Shown: positions 26,379 to 36,242, numbered from the stretch's first letter. The stretch is 36,243 nt of DNA from Bacteroidota bacterium (GCA_050258995.1 JBLMZU010000542.1:1-36243), one strand, 5' to 3'. Numbers and translations are program-made. The notes: generated by a model from the letters alone, not told the origin.

Positions 26379-27097
26379 CGACACAGAGCCAGGACCCTTT
26401 CAAAGACTTCCTCGGCGTTCAGCTTGTCTGAATCCAGCATAACGGCATCCTCCGCCGGTCGTAACGGAGACACGTCGCGGGTCGAATCGATGCGGTCGCG
26501 CTCGATCACCTTTGCGAGGATTTCCGGGTAAATTGCGCTTCCGCCGCGCGCCAGGATCTCATCATATCTTCTGCGGGCGCGCTCTTCGGCCGTGGCGATC
26601 AGATAGATCTTGAGGTCTGCTTCGGGCAGCACCACCGTCCCAATGTCGCGGCCGACCATGACGATCCTGCCGCGCAAGCCGATCCGTCTCTGCTGCCGGC
26701 TCAATGCGGCGCGCACGCCGCGATACGCGGACACCACGGATACGTTTCTTTCCACCTCGGGCAGGCGCGTCTCCCAGGTGATGTCCCTGCCATCCACGAG
26801 CACGTCGCTCGTTCTTCCATCGGACTCGGAGGCGGGAGCGACCTCGATCGGCGTCGCCTCGGCCAGGGCCGTGACCCCAGCCTCATCGTTCACGTCCACG
26901 CCGCGGTTGAGCACAAGCCAGGTCACGGCGCGGTACATCACGCCTGTGTCGAAGAAAAGATAACCGAGAGCCTCGGCAAGCTTCAGCCCGAGCGTGGATT
27001 TACCCGAGGCGGCGGGCCCATCGATGGCGATAATGGAGGGTAGGCTGCTCATTTGCTCCGGTACGGAAAGTCCTGAGGTCTTAAGAGATTCAGTCAT
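26375..27097 (-). CDS. cmk: Cytidylate kinase
   Basis: IAIDGPAASGKST, DTGVMYRA, GRDIGTVVLPEADLKIYL, RDRIDSTRDVSPL. Confidence 0.97.
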   Translation of the reverse strand: MTESLKTSGLSVPEQMSSLPSIIAIDGPAASGKSTLGLKLAEALGYLFFDTGVMYRAVTWLVLNRGVDVNDEAGVTALAEATPIEVAPASESDGRTSDVLVDGRDITWETRLPEVERNVSVVSAYRGVRAALSRQQRRIGLRGRIVMVGRDIGTVVLPEADLKIYLIATAEERARRRYDEILARGGSAIYPEILAKVIERDRIDSTRDVSPLRPAEDAVMLDSDKLNAEEVFERVLALCR

Positions 27098-27133
27098 GAT
27101 GGTTCAGGGAACTCCTGCTGGGATGATTTTATT

Positions 27134-28894
27134 TTACTGGGACGCCTGGCTCCCATCCGGGAACAGATCGTCACGGGCCCACAGGATGACGGTCTCATCC
27201 TGGCGCGGCAGCTGGCGATTGACCAGCCAGCGCCACCATTCCGCCCGCTTCATATCCTGGACCTTGATCTGCTGGCGCCAGACGAAATCCTGCCCGCGAT
27301 AGGCGGCCGGCAGATTCAGGTTGTCCATCGGCGGGGTGATGATCAGGGGCGGGGTTGATGCCGGATCGAGCGCGGCGACCTGTTTCACTGCGTGGTCACG
27401 CAGGAGCCATTCAAGAGCCGGGGAATTGACTCCCATGATCGTGATCGGCTGGGACAGGTCATTCCCGACACTGGTTTCCGAGACCTGGTCCACACTTTGC
27501 AGGAGCAGGTATGCCTGGGCAGGCCTGGGATCCACGGGCCAGAGCTCGACCCCGGTCGGGTAGCGGACGCCACTGGCGCCCCACGCTGCACCGATGCTGT
27601 AGATTGTCAGGAAGATCAGGAAAGCCCAGGTTGCCCCCAGCCAGGCGACGCGTGAGGACCAGCCAAAGGCCACGAACAAGATGCACAGCACCAGGATGCC
27701 AAGCGCTCCAAACAGGATCACATAGCGCGGGTTCTGGATGCTGCCAATGGAAGGAATGGCGGCGGCAAACTGGTTGAATGGATCCAGCCCGATCGCGGCA
27801 ATATCGAACCAGATGTAGGTCAGCAGGATCAACAGGGCCGTGGTGACAACGCCGACTTCAATTCTCTCTGCGGGGAAGACTTGCAGGATGTGAGAGATCT
27901 CGAGCGCGGCCAGGGCCAGCAACGGGACGATGACCCAAACCAGCTCACCGGGCTGCCGGTAGAAAACCGCCAGCAGCAGCGCCACGCCCAGCCAGATGCT
28001 CAAACGAATGACGCGCTGGCTGCCGGTGCGGAAGCCGCGGATGAGAGAGAGAATTGCAAAGAAAAGCCCCAGGGGCTCATAGACGAACAACGTGAACAGA
28101 ATCCGACCGGGTGTCACGGAGGAGGAGGCCATCCACCCACCCAGGTAGGCAGGCAGCGAGGCGACCCAGGCGCTCAGCCCGTTGGGCACCAGGAAGAAAA
28201 GCGTCCCAGCCAGGATGAGCGTAACGACCAGTGCCAGCAGGAGCGGGCGGATCTGGTAGCTCTCGGGGGTAGTTTCAGGTTCCGACTCTTCCGGTTCTGC
28301 GATTGGAGTCTCGAAGACATCGGACTTGTTGGTCAATGGTTTCCGCTCCACGCCACGGATCAAGAGCCAGGCCAGCCCGAGTCCCAACAGTCCCATCCAA
28401 ATGGAGGTGCCGGAGAGCAGGGCGAGGCCGGCGAAAATCCCCGCCAGGATAAAGCGGCGGTTGATCCACATGCCCCAGGCAAATAGGGTGAAGCTGATGG
28501 CCAGGATGACCCCACCCGCCAGGCGCGACATGGCGACCAGGCCCGGGTCGATGGCGAAGAGAAAAGCCAGGATCAGGGCCGGGCGCGGCTTGAGATTCGT
28601 TCGGAAAAGGAAGGGAGCGACCACCATGGCGCTCCCTACGATGGCCGGGAAGAAACGCGCCAGGAAGTTCGTGCTTTGGGCAACCAGGAAGGGGATGCTG
28701 GTCAGCAGGATGTAAGCAGGCTGCGGGCCGAGCAGCGGACGCACCCCATCCGCAATGTGGAGCGCCTGCAGCGCAAGTGCAGCTTCCGCGTCGGTGAGCG
28801 GGGCTGCACCCAACTGGAGCATGCGTAAACCAAGGCCGATCAGGAAGGCCAGGCCATACAGCCAGCCTTCGAATCGTAGTCGTGGAGGGTTCAT
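27134..28894 (-). CDS. Polytopic membrane protein, GT-C fold / TIGR03663-like
   Basis: GT-C-type first loop LRMLQLGAAPLTDAEA, followed by R..PA..G and P.LVAMSR; about 13 TM segments and a C-terminal soluble domain; adjacent to YYY proteins. Confidence 0.65.
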   Translation of the reverse strand: MNPPRLRFEGWLYGLAFLIGLGLRMLQLGAAPLTDAEAALALQALHIADGVRPLLGPQPAYILLTSIPFLVAQSTNFLARFFPAIVGSAMVVAPFLFRTNLKPRPALILAFLFAIDPGLVAMSRLAGGVILAISFTLFAWGMWINRRFILAGIFAGLALLSGTSIWMGLLGLGLAWLLIRGVERKPLTNKSDVFETPIAEPEESEPETTPESYQIRPLLLALVVTLILAGTLFFLVPNGLSAWVASLPAYLGGWMASSSVTPGRILFTLFVYEPLGLFFAILSLIRGFRTGSQRVIRLSIWLGVALLLAVFYRQPGELVWVIVPLLALAALEISHILQVFPAERIEVGVVTTALLILLTYIWFDIAAIGLDPFNQFAAAIPSIGSIQNPRYVILFGALGILVLCILFVAFGWSSRVAWLGATWAFLIFLTIYSIGAAWGASGVRYPTGVELWPVDPRPAQAYLLLQSVDQVSETSVGNDLSQPITIMGVNSPALEWLLRDHAVKQVAALDPASTPPLIITPPMDNLNLPAAYRGQDFVWRQQIKVQDMKRAEWWRWLVNRQLPRQDETVILWARDDLFPDGSQASQ

Positions 28895-28900
28895 GGAGGT

Positions 28901-28906
28901 ATTTTA
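28901..28906 (-). promoter_or_regulatory. -10 element (TAAAAT) 6 nt upstream of the ATG; probable leaderless promoter
   Basis: Minus strand GAGTAAAAT-ACCTCC-ATG with no SD. Confidence 0.45.
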
Positions 28907-28989
28907 CTCTTGAATCAAAAAAATTCTCTTGTACTTGCACCCGGCGGCAACGAACGGGCCGGTGGGGTTGTTGGCGCGATTGGCAAGTT

Positions 28990-29027
28990 ATATAAAGTTT
29001 CTCCCGCAGTACAACCGCGGGAGAAAC
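28990..29027 (-). terminator. Rho-independent terminator after the DUF2298 gene
   Basis: Perfect 11-bp stem GTTTCTCCCGC/GCGGGAGAAAC with a 9-nt loop, followed on the minus strand by TTTATAT. Confidence 0.75.
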
Positions 29028-29039
29028 GATGGGATCCCT

Positions 29040-31535
29040 CTACTCAATCGGCGCGGAGGGAACTTCATAGATGGTCACATTGCCCTGCTGGTAGACCGCC
29101 TTCAGGAACTGTTTGAACTTTTCCTCGTTGATCGTGTAGGTGGAGCGCTCCAGGGGTCCGATATATACATAGCGGATATTGTAGCGATTGATGATCCCCT
29201 GGGCGGTATTCCAGTCGGGCGTGCTGTACAAGGTCTGGAGATCGTCCTTGCGGGTGCCCTGGAGAGCATAATCGCGCCACTGGCCCTCATGACCGCTCCA
29301 GCCGAGGACGGCGGGCATGCCTGTGAAGGTGGAGACGCGGGCAAACTCACTGTACTGTCCACCCTGGGGCCCTACGGCTTCCGCAACCACGCCCGGCTCG
29401 AGGGTCTTCATGAATTTGAACGCCTGGTAGTCCTCTGGCAGGAAGCCGGCCAGATAAGTCGACCCATCCAGTGTGCGCTGCTGCGGCGCGTTGGCCTTGA
29501 AGTTTTCAGTTTTATTGGGAACGCTGAGAACAGGATAGAACAAACCCATTGCGATCACAACGAGGATCAGCCCGGTATAAAGAATGGACGCTGCTCCCCT
29601 CAATTGGGACAGCAGCACCGCCACGGTAAATGCGGCCGCAATCGACAGCAGGATCCAGGCCTGGTAATAGAACTTGAAGACCGTGTTGATGCGATAGCCG
29701 AAATTATCACGCAGATAGAAATAATCCGGCCCAAGGATCAGAAGCGTACCCACTGTGATCAAGAGAAGGACAAAGGCCGACGGTGGAATGGGCGCTGAAG
29801 TATCTTCCACACGTTCGTTGCTGCGGAGCAAAAACGCCAGTGCGGGAATTAGCAGTAACAGCAGGGTCAGCAGGCTGCCGATGTTCGACAGGCGGCGGCT
29901 CATGCTGTCGGCGATGAAGGTCCCGACGTCGCGGTTCTGGCCCTGCAGGATTCCGTTCACCAGGTCGGGCTTGAGTTTCAAACCGATAAAACCGACAAAG
30001 AACATGGCCGCGACCAGGAAGACCAAAAACCCCAGGACGGTCAAAAGACTGGTCCGCCAGCTCGCCGGCGTGTGACTGCGCCACAGATAAAACAAGTAGG
30101 CAAGCAGCGGAACGAACAGCGTCCCCCACCTGACCCACAGGTAGGCGCCGCGCGTCACGAACATGAAATTCGGGATGATGCCGCCTGCCTGGGAGTCGAA
30201 CCCAATAAAGAATGGCAGGTACATTATGAAGGCTGTGACCAGGGCCGGGATGCCCAGCAGCAGGATATCCTCGATCCTCTCCCAGCCCCAGCCGGATTCA
30301 CGGATCCGGGCCAGCGCGTAGCTGAAGACGATCAGCGCCGCGCCGGGCAGAATATCCCAGGTGTTGAGGAAGGCCAGCCCACCCAACACGAGGGCAATGG
30401 TAAAGAAGCCGGTCCTGTTGATCTTCAAATGGCCGACGAATAGATTGATATCTCCGCGCCACCCCCCGAGGAAGATGTTCAAGGCAATGGCGATCGCCAG
30501 CAAATTGAACGGCATCGCCAGGACATGTGGGTGAAGATCCCCGAGCAGGTAGGAGAAAAAGGGGAACTCGTCGATGACCTCCAGTCGGTTGCCATTCAGA
30601 TCGTAATCCTGCAGGACGCGGGAGGCGCGCCACCACCAGTAGTATTGATCCGGGATCCACTTCAAGGGCTGGGCAGGCGCGTCGGTAAGAGACTGGAGGT
30701 TCAGCCAGGACCAGAACGGAGACGTGCCGGTCCCATCGGGTTTTAGAGTCCAGCCGATCCCCCGCCGGTGCAGGGACTCCAGGAATCCCTCCAGATTGCT
30801 GGCGATCAGCAGGAACAACGGTGCAAGAAAGGCGCCCAGCACCGGGAAAACCCTGGCCCGGTCCTCCTCCCCTTTCCAGCGGCGGTAGGCGGACAGCAGG
30901 TTGTACAGCAATCCATAGGCCCCGATGGCGCTCAAGGCGAAGATCAGGGAGAGCATCAGATTGTGAGCCACAGGCGCCGTTACGGAGGTCAGTTTGGCCA
31001 GCATGGCCGCCATGACATATCCAAAGTAATAATAGGAAATGGCATACCCCGAAAGCCACGGGTCATGCGGCGGGAAGGTGGGCGAATGCAGAATGGCATT
31101 GATGAAGGCCACTTCCATCCACTTTTCACCGCCGGCCGTTGTGACCTCCGGGTTGCTGGCGCGGATAAACGCCATGAAGGCAAAGGCGGCCAGGAACAGG
31201 ATTTCGGTCGTGAGGATGATCTTGAAGTTGTTCCGGATCCACTCGTCCATCGACCCTGAACCATCGTCCCTGGTCCCTCGTCCCCGGTCTGCCACATATG
31301 CCCACCCGCTCAACCCGAGCAGGACCAGTAATCCCAGCAGCAGCCCGCCGGCATCATTCTGGGCGAAACCGAGCGAGGCGAACAACCAGAAGGCATATCC
31401 CCAGACCAGCAGCCCCAGGGCGCGCATCAGGGTGTAGCCGCGGTCCGCCAGCGTTGGAAAGAGATGGTAGGCCAGCGGAAAGGTCAGCCAGCCCAGGAGT
31501 GTGAGAGCGATGTACCAGGAGATGAATGCGATCAT
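29040..31535 (-). CDS. DUF2298 / Chlor_Arch_YYY membrane protein (putative GT-C glycosyltransferase)
   Basis: GGEKWME, FPPHDPWLSGYAISYYYFG, EFPFFSYLLGDLHPH, NTWD, RINTVFKFYYQAW, TLDG. Confidence 0.85.
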   Translation of the reverse strand: MIAFISWYIALTLLGWLTFPLAYHLFPTLADRGYTLMRALGLLVWGYAFWLFASLGFAQNDAGGLLLGLLVLLGLSGWAYVADRGRGTRDDGSGSMDEWIRNNFKIILTTEILFLAAFAFMAFIRASNPEVTTAGGEKWMEVAFINAILHSPTFPPHDPWLSGYAISYYYFGYVMAAMLAKLTSVTAPVAHNLMLSLIFALSAIGAYGLLYNLLSAYRRWKGEEDRARVFPVLGAFLAPLFLLIASNLEGFLESLHRRGIGWTLKPDGTGTSPFWSWLNLQSLTDAPAQPLKWIPDQYYWWWRASRVLQDYDLNGNRLEVIDEFPFFSYLLGDLHPHVLAMPFNLLAIAIALNIFLGGWRGDINLFVGHLKINRTGFFTIALVLGGLAFLNTWDILPGAALIVFSYALARIRESGWGWERIEDILLLGIPALVTAFIMYLPFFIGFDSQAGGIIPNFMFVTRGAYLWVRWGTLFVPLLAYLFYLWRSHTPASWRTSLLTVLGFLVFLVAAMFFVGFIGLKLKPDLVNGILQGQNRDVGTFIADSMSRRLSNIGSLLTLLLLLIPALAFLLRSNERVEDTSAPIPPSAFVLLLITVGTLLILGPDYFYLRDNFGYRINTVFKFYYQAWILLSIAAAFTVAVLLSQLRGAASILYTGLILVVIAMGLFYPVLSVPNKTENFKANAPQQRTLDGSTYLAGFLPEDYQAFKFMKTLEPGVVAEAVGPQGGQYSEFARVSTFTGMPAVLGWSGHEGQWRDYALQGTRKDDLQTLYSTPDWNTAQGIINRYNIRYVYIGPLERSTYTINEEKFKQFLKAVYQQGNVTIYEVPSAPIE

Positions 31536-31648
31536 GTGATGATTACGTATCCTTGTGGATGTTATGGATAAATTGTTTTCCGCGATAATGCCATATGAAA
31601 TAAACGCTTCTCAGCCTGCATCGAGTCGAAAACTTTGCAAGGGTTGCT

Positions 31649-32005
31649 TTAGAGTTGAGGAAAGTTGTATTTCCCGTCCGGCTGGGATTGCAGGTCAAAG
31701 ACCCGGACCACTGCCTCCAGGTTGATGGGGCCGTAAATATGCGGGAAGAGGTCGCCTTCAGGGACGCCCGGGGGTGGTGCCCCTTCGGCAGGTGGCTCCC
31801 ACTTCAGGTCCGAGGTGAGACGATCGGGCTCGATTACAAGCAGCAGCAGGCCCTCCTGTCCCTTGTAATATTTTTGGGCCACGGGCACCACCTGCTCTTC
31901 TGTCGAGCAATGGATGAAGCCTTCCGTCTCCAGGCTTTGTGTCAGGTAGGCACCGCGCTCACGGGCTTCATTCCAGGCCATGCGTGATGTAATATGGTAG
32001 ATCAT
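31649..32005 (-). CDS. DUF952 family protein
   Basis: MIYHI, SLETEGFIHCST, FPHIYGPIN. Confidence 0.9.
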   Translation of the reverse strand: MIYHITSRMAWNEARERGAYLTQSLETEGFIHCSTEEQVVPVAQKYYKGQEGLLLLVIEPDRLTSDLKWEPPAEGAPPPGVPEGDLFPHIYGPINLEAVVRVFDLQSQPDGKYNFPQL

Positions 32006-32018
32006 ACATTTCCCTTTC

Positions 32019-35000
32019 CTATTTGGGATTTACCTTATAGATCACCGTGTCACCGTCCCGGTAGACTGCATGCCAAAAGTCACCGTCATACTGGGCAAAC
32101 TTGGCAATGCCTTCCGGTGTATAAGCGGCGTGTTCCATAGGTCCCACGATGATGTAGCTGACATTGTATTTATCCAGGAAGGCGCGGGTATCATCGATGT
32201 TGGTCGTGTCATAGAAGTTGCCCACCTCTGCGACGCGATCCTCCACCCAGGTGGACATGAGACCGCGCTGCTGGCGCTGGTGCCAGTTCCAGCCGACCAC
32301 ACCGGGCAGCCCCGTATAAATGGTAAAGCGCGTGCACCAATGATATTCAACGCAGTTGGCCTCAACGATGACCGGTGAGCCTTGGACATTGTCCTGCATC
32401 CAGCGGATGGCGCGGTAGTCCTTGCTCAGGTCCATGCGCTGGCCGAAGTCGTCGTACTGGGCGTACTTCATGTAGTTCATCGAATCGAGACTATGCGGCG
32501 CTTCGACGATCCAGCGGTCGTGTATCTTGCCGCTGATCCCGGTTATGGTAAACATCGCCGCGCCTGCGATCAGCAGGATCATGGCCGTCTGCCAGAACAG
32601 GCGCCAGCCGTTATTCCATTTATTGAAGAAGGCAGGGAGTGTCCATGCCAGGGCAGCCCCGGCGCTGATCGCCAGCAGGAACCAGGCCTGCAGATAGAAC
32701 TTGAAGATCGTGTTCTGCCGCCCAATGTCGCCGACCACCACGACCAATTCCACCACTATCGTAATGATTAATGCCGTGCCGATCAAAAACAGCACAAAGC
32801 GCTTGGTGTCCGGCAGGTTCGGACGCAGGAGCAGCACGCCCGCCCAGGCCGCGATGGGCAGGGCGATCCAGGCGATGCTCACGCCCGGGAAGAACAGGCT
32901 GTTGATCCGGTACTGCAGGAAGAGCAGGACGATCACGAGCAGGAGAATGGAGCCTTCGATCAGGATTTGATACGGCTTCAGTTTTCGCAGCGCAGAAACA
33001 GGCGTCTCTGCCATCCATTCATGGGTTTCCCAGGCCATCCAGGAGACAACCACGAACAGCAGCACGCTCCAGTGGGTGAGATAGGAGAAGACCGGTGTGA
33101 AGGGCCCCTTCCAGGCGGTGAGCGAGCTGTAGACCTGGCTGTACCACGCCCGGTAGGGCTGATAGAGGATAAAGGAAAGCAGTGTCAATGCGATCACGGC
33201 GCCGGCAATCTGTCCCAGCCTGCGAAAAAACGAGGGCGAATCGGAATAGCGCCAGATGACATATCCCAGCGCCACCAGGGCCACCGGCAGATAGGTGTAA
33301 ATATCCGACAGGTTGGTGGGATAGAGCGCCCCGATGATAAGACCGCCGACGACGAAGCTGAGCACGGCGGCCATCCGGTTTCGCCACCTGGCACGTCCCA
33401 GCACGATGGCCAGCGCCCAGCTCATCGCAAGCAGGGCGAGCGGCATGGCAATCATGTGGGCGTGCAGGTCACTGTAAATGAAGGTGAACAGCGGGAACTC
33501 GGTGATCTCGTTACCGCCCAGCGGCGGGACCACGCGGCTGGGGTTCCAATACCAATCCCCGAATCCGATCGCGAGCGGCGTGCCCTTGAGTACCATGATG
33601 AATCCCTGGACGGCCCAGGCCAGGCGCTCGACGATGGAAATGGAGGGGTCCCAGTCGAACAATCCGTTCGAGCCGATCTGCTGCAGCTTCTGGTAGATCA
33701 TCTGGATCGTGCCGAGATTGCCGAGCAGAAGTGTAAAGGCCGAGGCAGCAAGGCCGGCGATCACTGGAAGCTCAAAGCTACGAGGCCGGTTGCCTCCTTC
33801 TTTTGTGCCTTCCAGCAGATTCCAGCCCATGGAGAACGCACACATACCAACGATCGCAAACAATGTGGGAAGGACAAAGTTGTAGGCAATCGAGGGGACG
33901 ATTCCCAGCAGCTTGATCGGCGTGCCGACCAGCACGAACCCGTAATAGTAATAATTAATGTAGCCGCCTGCGAACCAGGGATCGTAGGGTGGGAAGGATG
34001 TGCTTTTGAGGATGGCGTTCAGGTACGAGAAGTCCATCGGGCGCTCGCCGCCCTTGGCAGGGTGCCACAGGTCCGGGTTGCCGATGCGGATGAGCAGGTC
34101 GAACAGGAAGAACGCCAGGAAGAGCCCTTCGGCCAGCAGGAAATATTTCCGCTTTTCCCGCCATTCCTCGCGAAGCTCGGCGCGCTGGTACCAGGCCAGG
34201 CATCCACCGCCCAGCAGGACCAGGAGAAAGATGACTGCGATGGTGACGCGTGTGTAGGGAATTCCCACCGAGCCACCGATCCATGCCAGGTAGCCGAACA
34301 GCACCAGCCCGAAGGCGCGGCTGAGCGGGTAGCCCTTGTCTGCCAGCCCGGGCATGGCCAGGCGCACCATCGGGTAGACAGCCAGACCCAGGATGAAGAT
34401 GAACAGGTACCAGATCAATAGACCCACGAGAGGATAGCGGTTCTGGACCCATGCGTAATTGAACAGCTCTGTCCATGTCCCGCCGGCTCGCTGCTGGGCA
34501 AGCTTGGCTGCCGGCAGCATGAGGTTGGAGTATTTATCGAACTGGCGCGGCGTGAGATGGACAGCCTTCGACAGGTCCACGGTGCTGAGCGAGGATTCGA
34601 CCTGCTGGATGCTGAAGTTATCATTCTTTTTAAAGATCAGGACCTTGGGATGATCGTAAAAAGTGAAGGCTTCCTCCGCGTACTGGTCGTTGATCTCGTG
34701 ATTGCCCAGCTTCGGGAAGTCTTCAAAAACGGCCACCAGGTCGAAGCCCAGGCGGCCCTGGTGATCTCCCGGCTTTGCCTCGTAGTAGCACTTGATAATA
34801 TCCATCGCCGGCGGACAGCCCATCAGCTCACGGTAGTAGTAGGTGGTCAGCGGGTAGCGCTCCGGCAGGCGGGTGATCTGGGCATACTGGTGATTGGTGG
34901 GGATGAAGATGTAATCGGTCTGGCCAAGAACATCCAGGAAGCGGTTGAGCTTGTCCTGGTTGTCGTCCCAGTAGACCTGCTCGGTCAGGTCGCCGCGATA

Positions 35001-36242
35001 GATGCCGCCGAACGCATCGTATCCCTCCACCCGGAAAGGCAGCCCGTAATCGTAATCGGTCTCATTACTGACCGCCGCGCCTTCGATGTTCATCATGCCC
35101 GCATCGAGAAGCAGGCGCAGATAGTAACGCTCCCCCGTGGCCACCTGGATGGGTTTGTCCAGCTTGAATGTATACGAGTCGCCACGCGGGTCTCCCTGCG
35201 ATCCAAACTCGGAGGTGATCTTGGATGTGGCCAGGATCTTCCCGGCAGTCGGCTCATGCGACGTGGACACCGTCAACGCCACGGTCGACGAGGGAGTCAC
35301 CGTGTTGATCGCGTGTCCCAGCGAGATGCTATCCACCACCCCATCCTTCTGGGCCACGAAGGAGGTATCGTACGGGACGCCTCCCTGGAGGAAACCGCCG
35401 GTGGGGAACGGCAGGGGCTGGTTGTACGTCCCATCCCTGCCTGTATCGATGTGGACGTTGATCGGGCCGGGGACGTTCTGGAAGATCCAGTTGGATGCCG
35501 CGATGCGCGGCTCGTCCCGCAGATAAATGCTGTGGAAGGCGAACGCCCAGGCCGCGGTCAAGGCAACGACTGTGATCCCGACCAGGCCAGCCAGCAGCAT
35601 TCGAGCGTTAAAACGCTTGAACGTTCCAACATTCAGGCCCGCCAGCTCAAAGACAAACCAGGCTGCCATCATGCATAGTAAGGGATAGATCGGCAGCTGG
35701 TAGCGCATGGTGGGATTGAACTGCATGGACTGCCACAGGAAGTACAGGGCCGTCCAGCCCCAGAGCAGCGCGTGGCGCCACTCCCTCTTATAGATGCGCC
35801 AGCCCATGAGCAGGAACCCGGCCCAGGCCAGGAATCCCAGCGGCAGGCCGAGTCCCCATTTGGTCAGGTTGTCGAACGAATATAAATGTGAGCGCCGCGC
35901 CCACTGCAGGTTCCAGGGCAGGTCGGCATCGCCCTTGGCCTGGACGCGCTGTTCCTGGATGTTGGCGATCCACTGCGAGCTGACGCCGATCCCGTCAAAG
36001 GCATATGGCTGAAAAATGCGGAAGGAGATGAAGGCGGCCAGTCCGCCCGCGACCAGGCAGGCGGCGATCATGCACCAGTATTCCTCCTTGAAGGAGTGCA
36101 GATCAACGCCCCGGTGCTGCTCCAGATGGCGGACCGCAAAAGCGCCGGGCAGCAGCAAAGCCAGAGGATAGATATTGACCTTGGAGGCCATCGCCATGCC
36201 AAAGGCGACTCCGAACCCGATGCTGAGCAGGAACAGCGGGCT
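32019..36242 (-). CDS. Large DUF2298/YYY membrane protein fused to an upstream PMT-like GT-C module (partial, start beyond the right edge)
   Basis: The frame is open to the window edge (SPLFLLSIGFGVAFGMAMASK..., a GT-C G.A.A.K motif). Also MRYQLPIYP, EEAFTFYDHPKV, GGERPMD, FPPYDPWFAGGYINYYYYG, DLHAH and NTIFKFYLQAW. Confidence 0.85.
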   Translation of the reverse strand, partial: SPLFLLSIGFGVAFGMAMASKVNIYPLALLLPGAFAVRHLEQHRGVDLHSFKEEYWCMIAACLVAGGLAAFISFRIFQPYAFDGIGVSSQWIANIQEQRVQAKGDADLPWNLQWARRSHLYSFDNLTKWGLGLPLGFLAWAGFLLMGWRIYKREWRHALLWGWTALYFLWQSMQFNPTMRYQLPIYPLLCMMAAWFVFELAGLNVGTFKRFNARMLLAGLVGITVVALTAAWAFAFHSIYLRDEPRIAASNWIFQNVPGPINVHIDTGRDGTYNQPLPFPTGGFLQGGVPYDTSFVAQKDGVVDSISLGHAINTVTPSSTVALTVSTSHEPTAGKILATSKITSEFGSQGDPRGDSYTFKLDKPIQVATGERYYLRLLLDAGMMNIEGAAVSNETDYDYGLPFRVEGYDAFGGIYRGDLTEQVYWDDNQDKLNRFLDVLGQTDYIFIPTNHQYAQITRLPERYPLTTYYYRELMGCPPAMDIIKCYYEAKPGDHQGRLGFDLVAVFEDFPKLGNHEINDQYAEEAFTFYDHPKVLIFKKNDNFSIQQVESSLSTVDLSKAVHLTPRQFDKYSNLMLPAAKLAQQRAGGTWTELFNYAWVQNRYPLVGLLIWYLFIFILGLAVYPMVRLAMPGLADKGYPLSRAFGLVLFGYLAWIGGSVGIPYTRVTIAVIFLLVLLGGGCLAWYQRAELREEWREKRKYFLLAEGLFLAFFLFDLLIRIGNPDLWHPAKGGERPMDFSYLNAILKSTSFPPYDPWFAGGYINYYYYGFVLVGTPIKLLGIVPSIAYNFVLPTLFAIVGMCAFSMGWNLLEGTKEGGNRPRSFELPVIAGLAASAFTLLLGNLGTIQMIYQKLQQIGSNGLFDWDPSISIVERLAWAVQGFIMVLKGTPLAIGFGDWYWNPSRVVPPLGGNEITEFPLFTFIYSDLHAHMIAMPLALLAMSWALAIVLGRARWRNRMAAVLSFVVGGLIIGALYPTNLSDIYTYLPVALVALGYVIWRYSDSPSFFRRLGQIAGAVIALTLLSFILYQPYRAWYSQVYSSLTAWKGPFTPVFSYLTHWSVLLFVVVSWMAWETHEWMAETPVSALRKLKPYQILIEGSILLLVIVLLFLQYRINSLFFPGVSIAWIALPIAAWAGVLLLRPNLPDTKRFVLFLIGTALIITIVVELVVVVGDIGRQNTIFKFYLQAWFLLAISAGAALAWTLPAFFNKWNNGWRLFWQTAMILLIAGAAMFTITGISGKIHDRWIVEAPHSLDSMNYMKYAQYDDFGQRMDLSKDYRAIRWMQDNVQGSPVIVEANCVEYHWCTRFTIYTGLPGVVGWNWHQRQQRGLMSTWVEDRVAEVGNFYDTTNIDDTRAFLDKYNVSYIIVGPMEHAAYTPEGIAKFAQYDGDFWHAVYRDGDTVIYKVNPK

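Noticed and set aside
31550-31572. Two DnaA-box-like 9-mers (TGTGGATGT, TATGGATAA)
   Set aside because: They have 1-2 mismatches each, there are only two copies, and no dnaA or unwinding element is nearby; insufficient for oriC.
723-35678. Many long antisense ORFs (e.g. 723-1703+, 3264-4412+, 19557-20747-, 22007-23083+, 32967-34421+, 34557-35678+)
   Set aside because: They are shadows of well-supported genes on the opposite strand in GC-rich DNA and carry no recognisable motifs.
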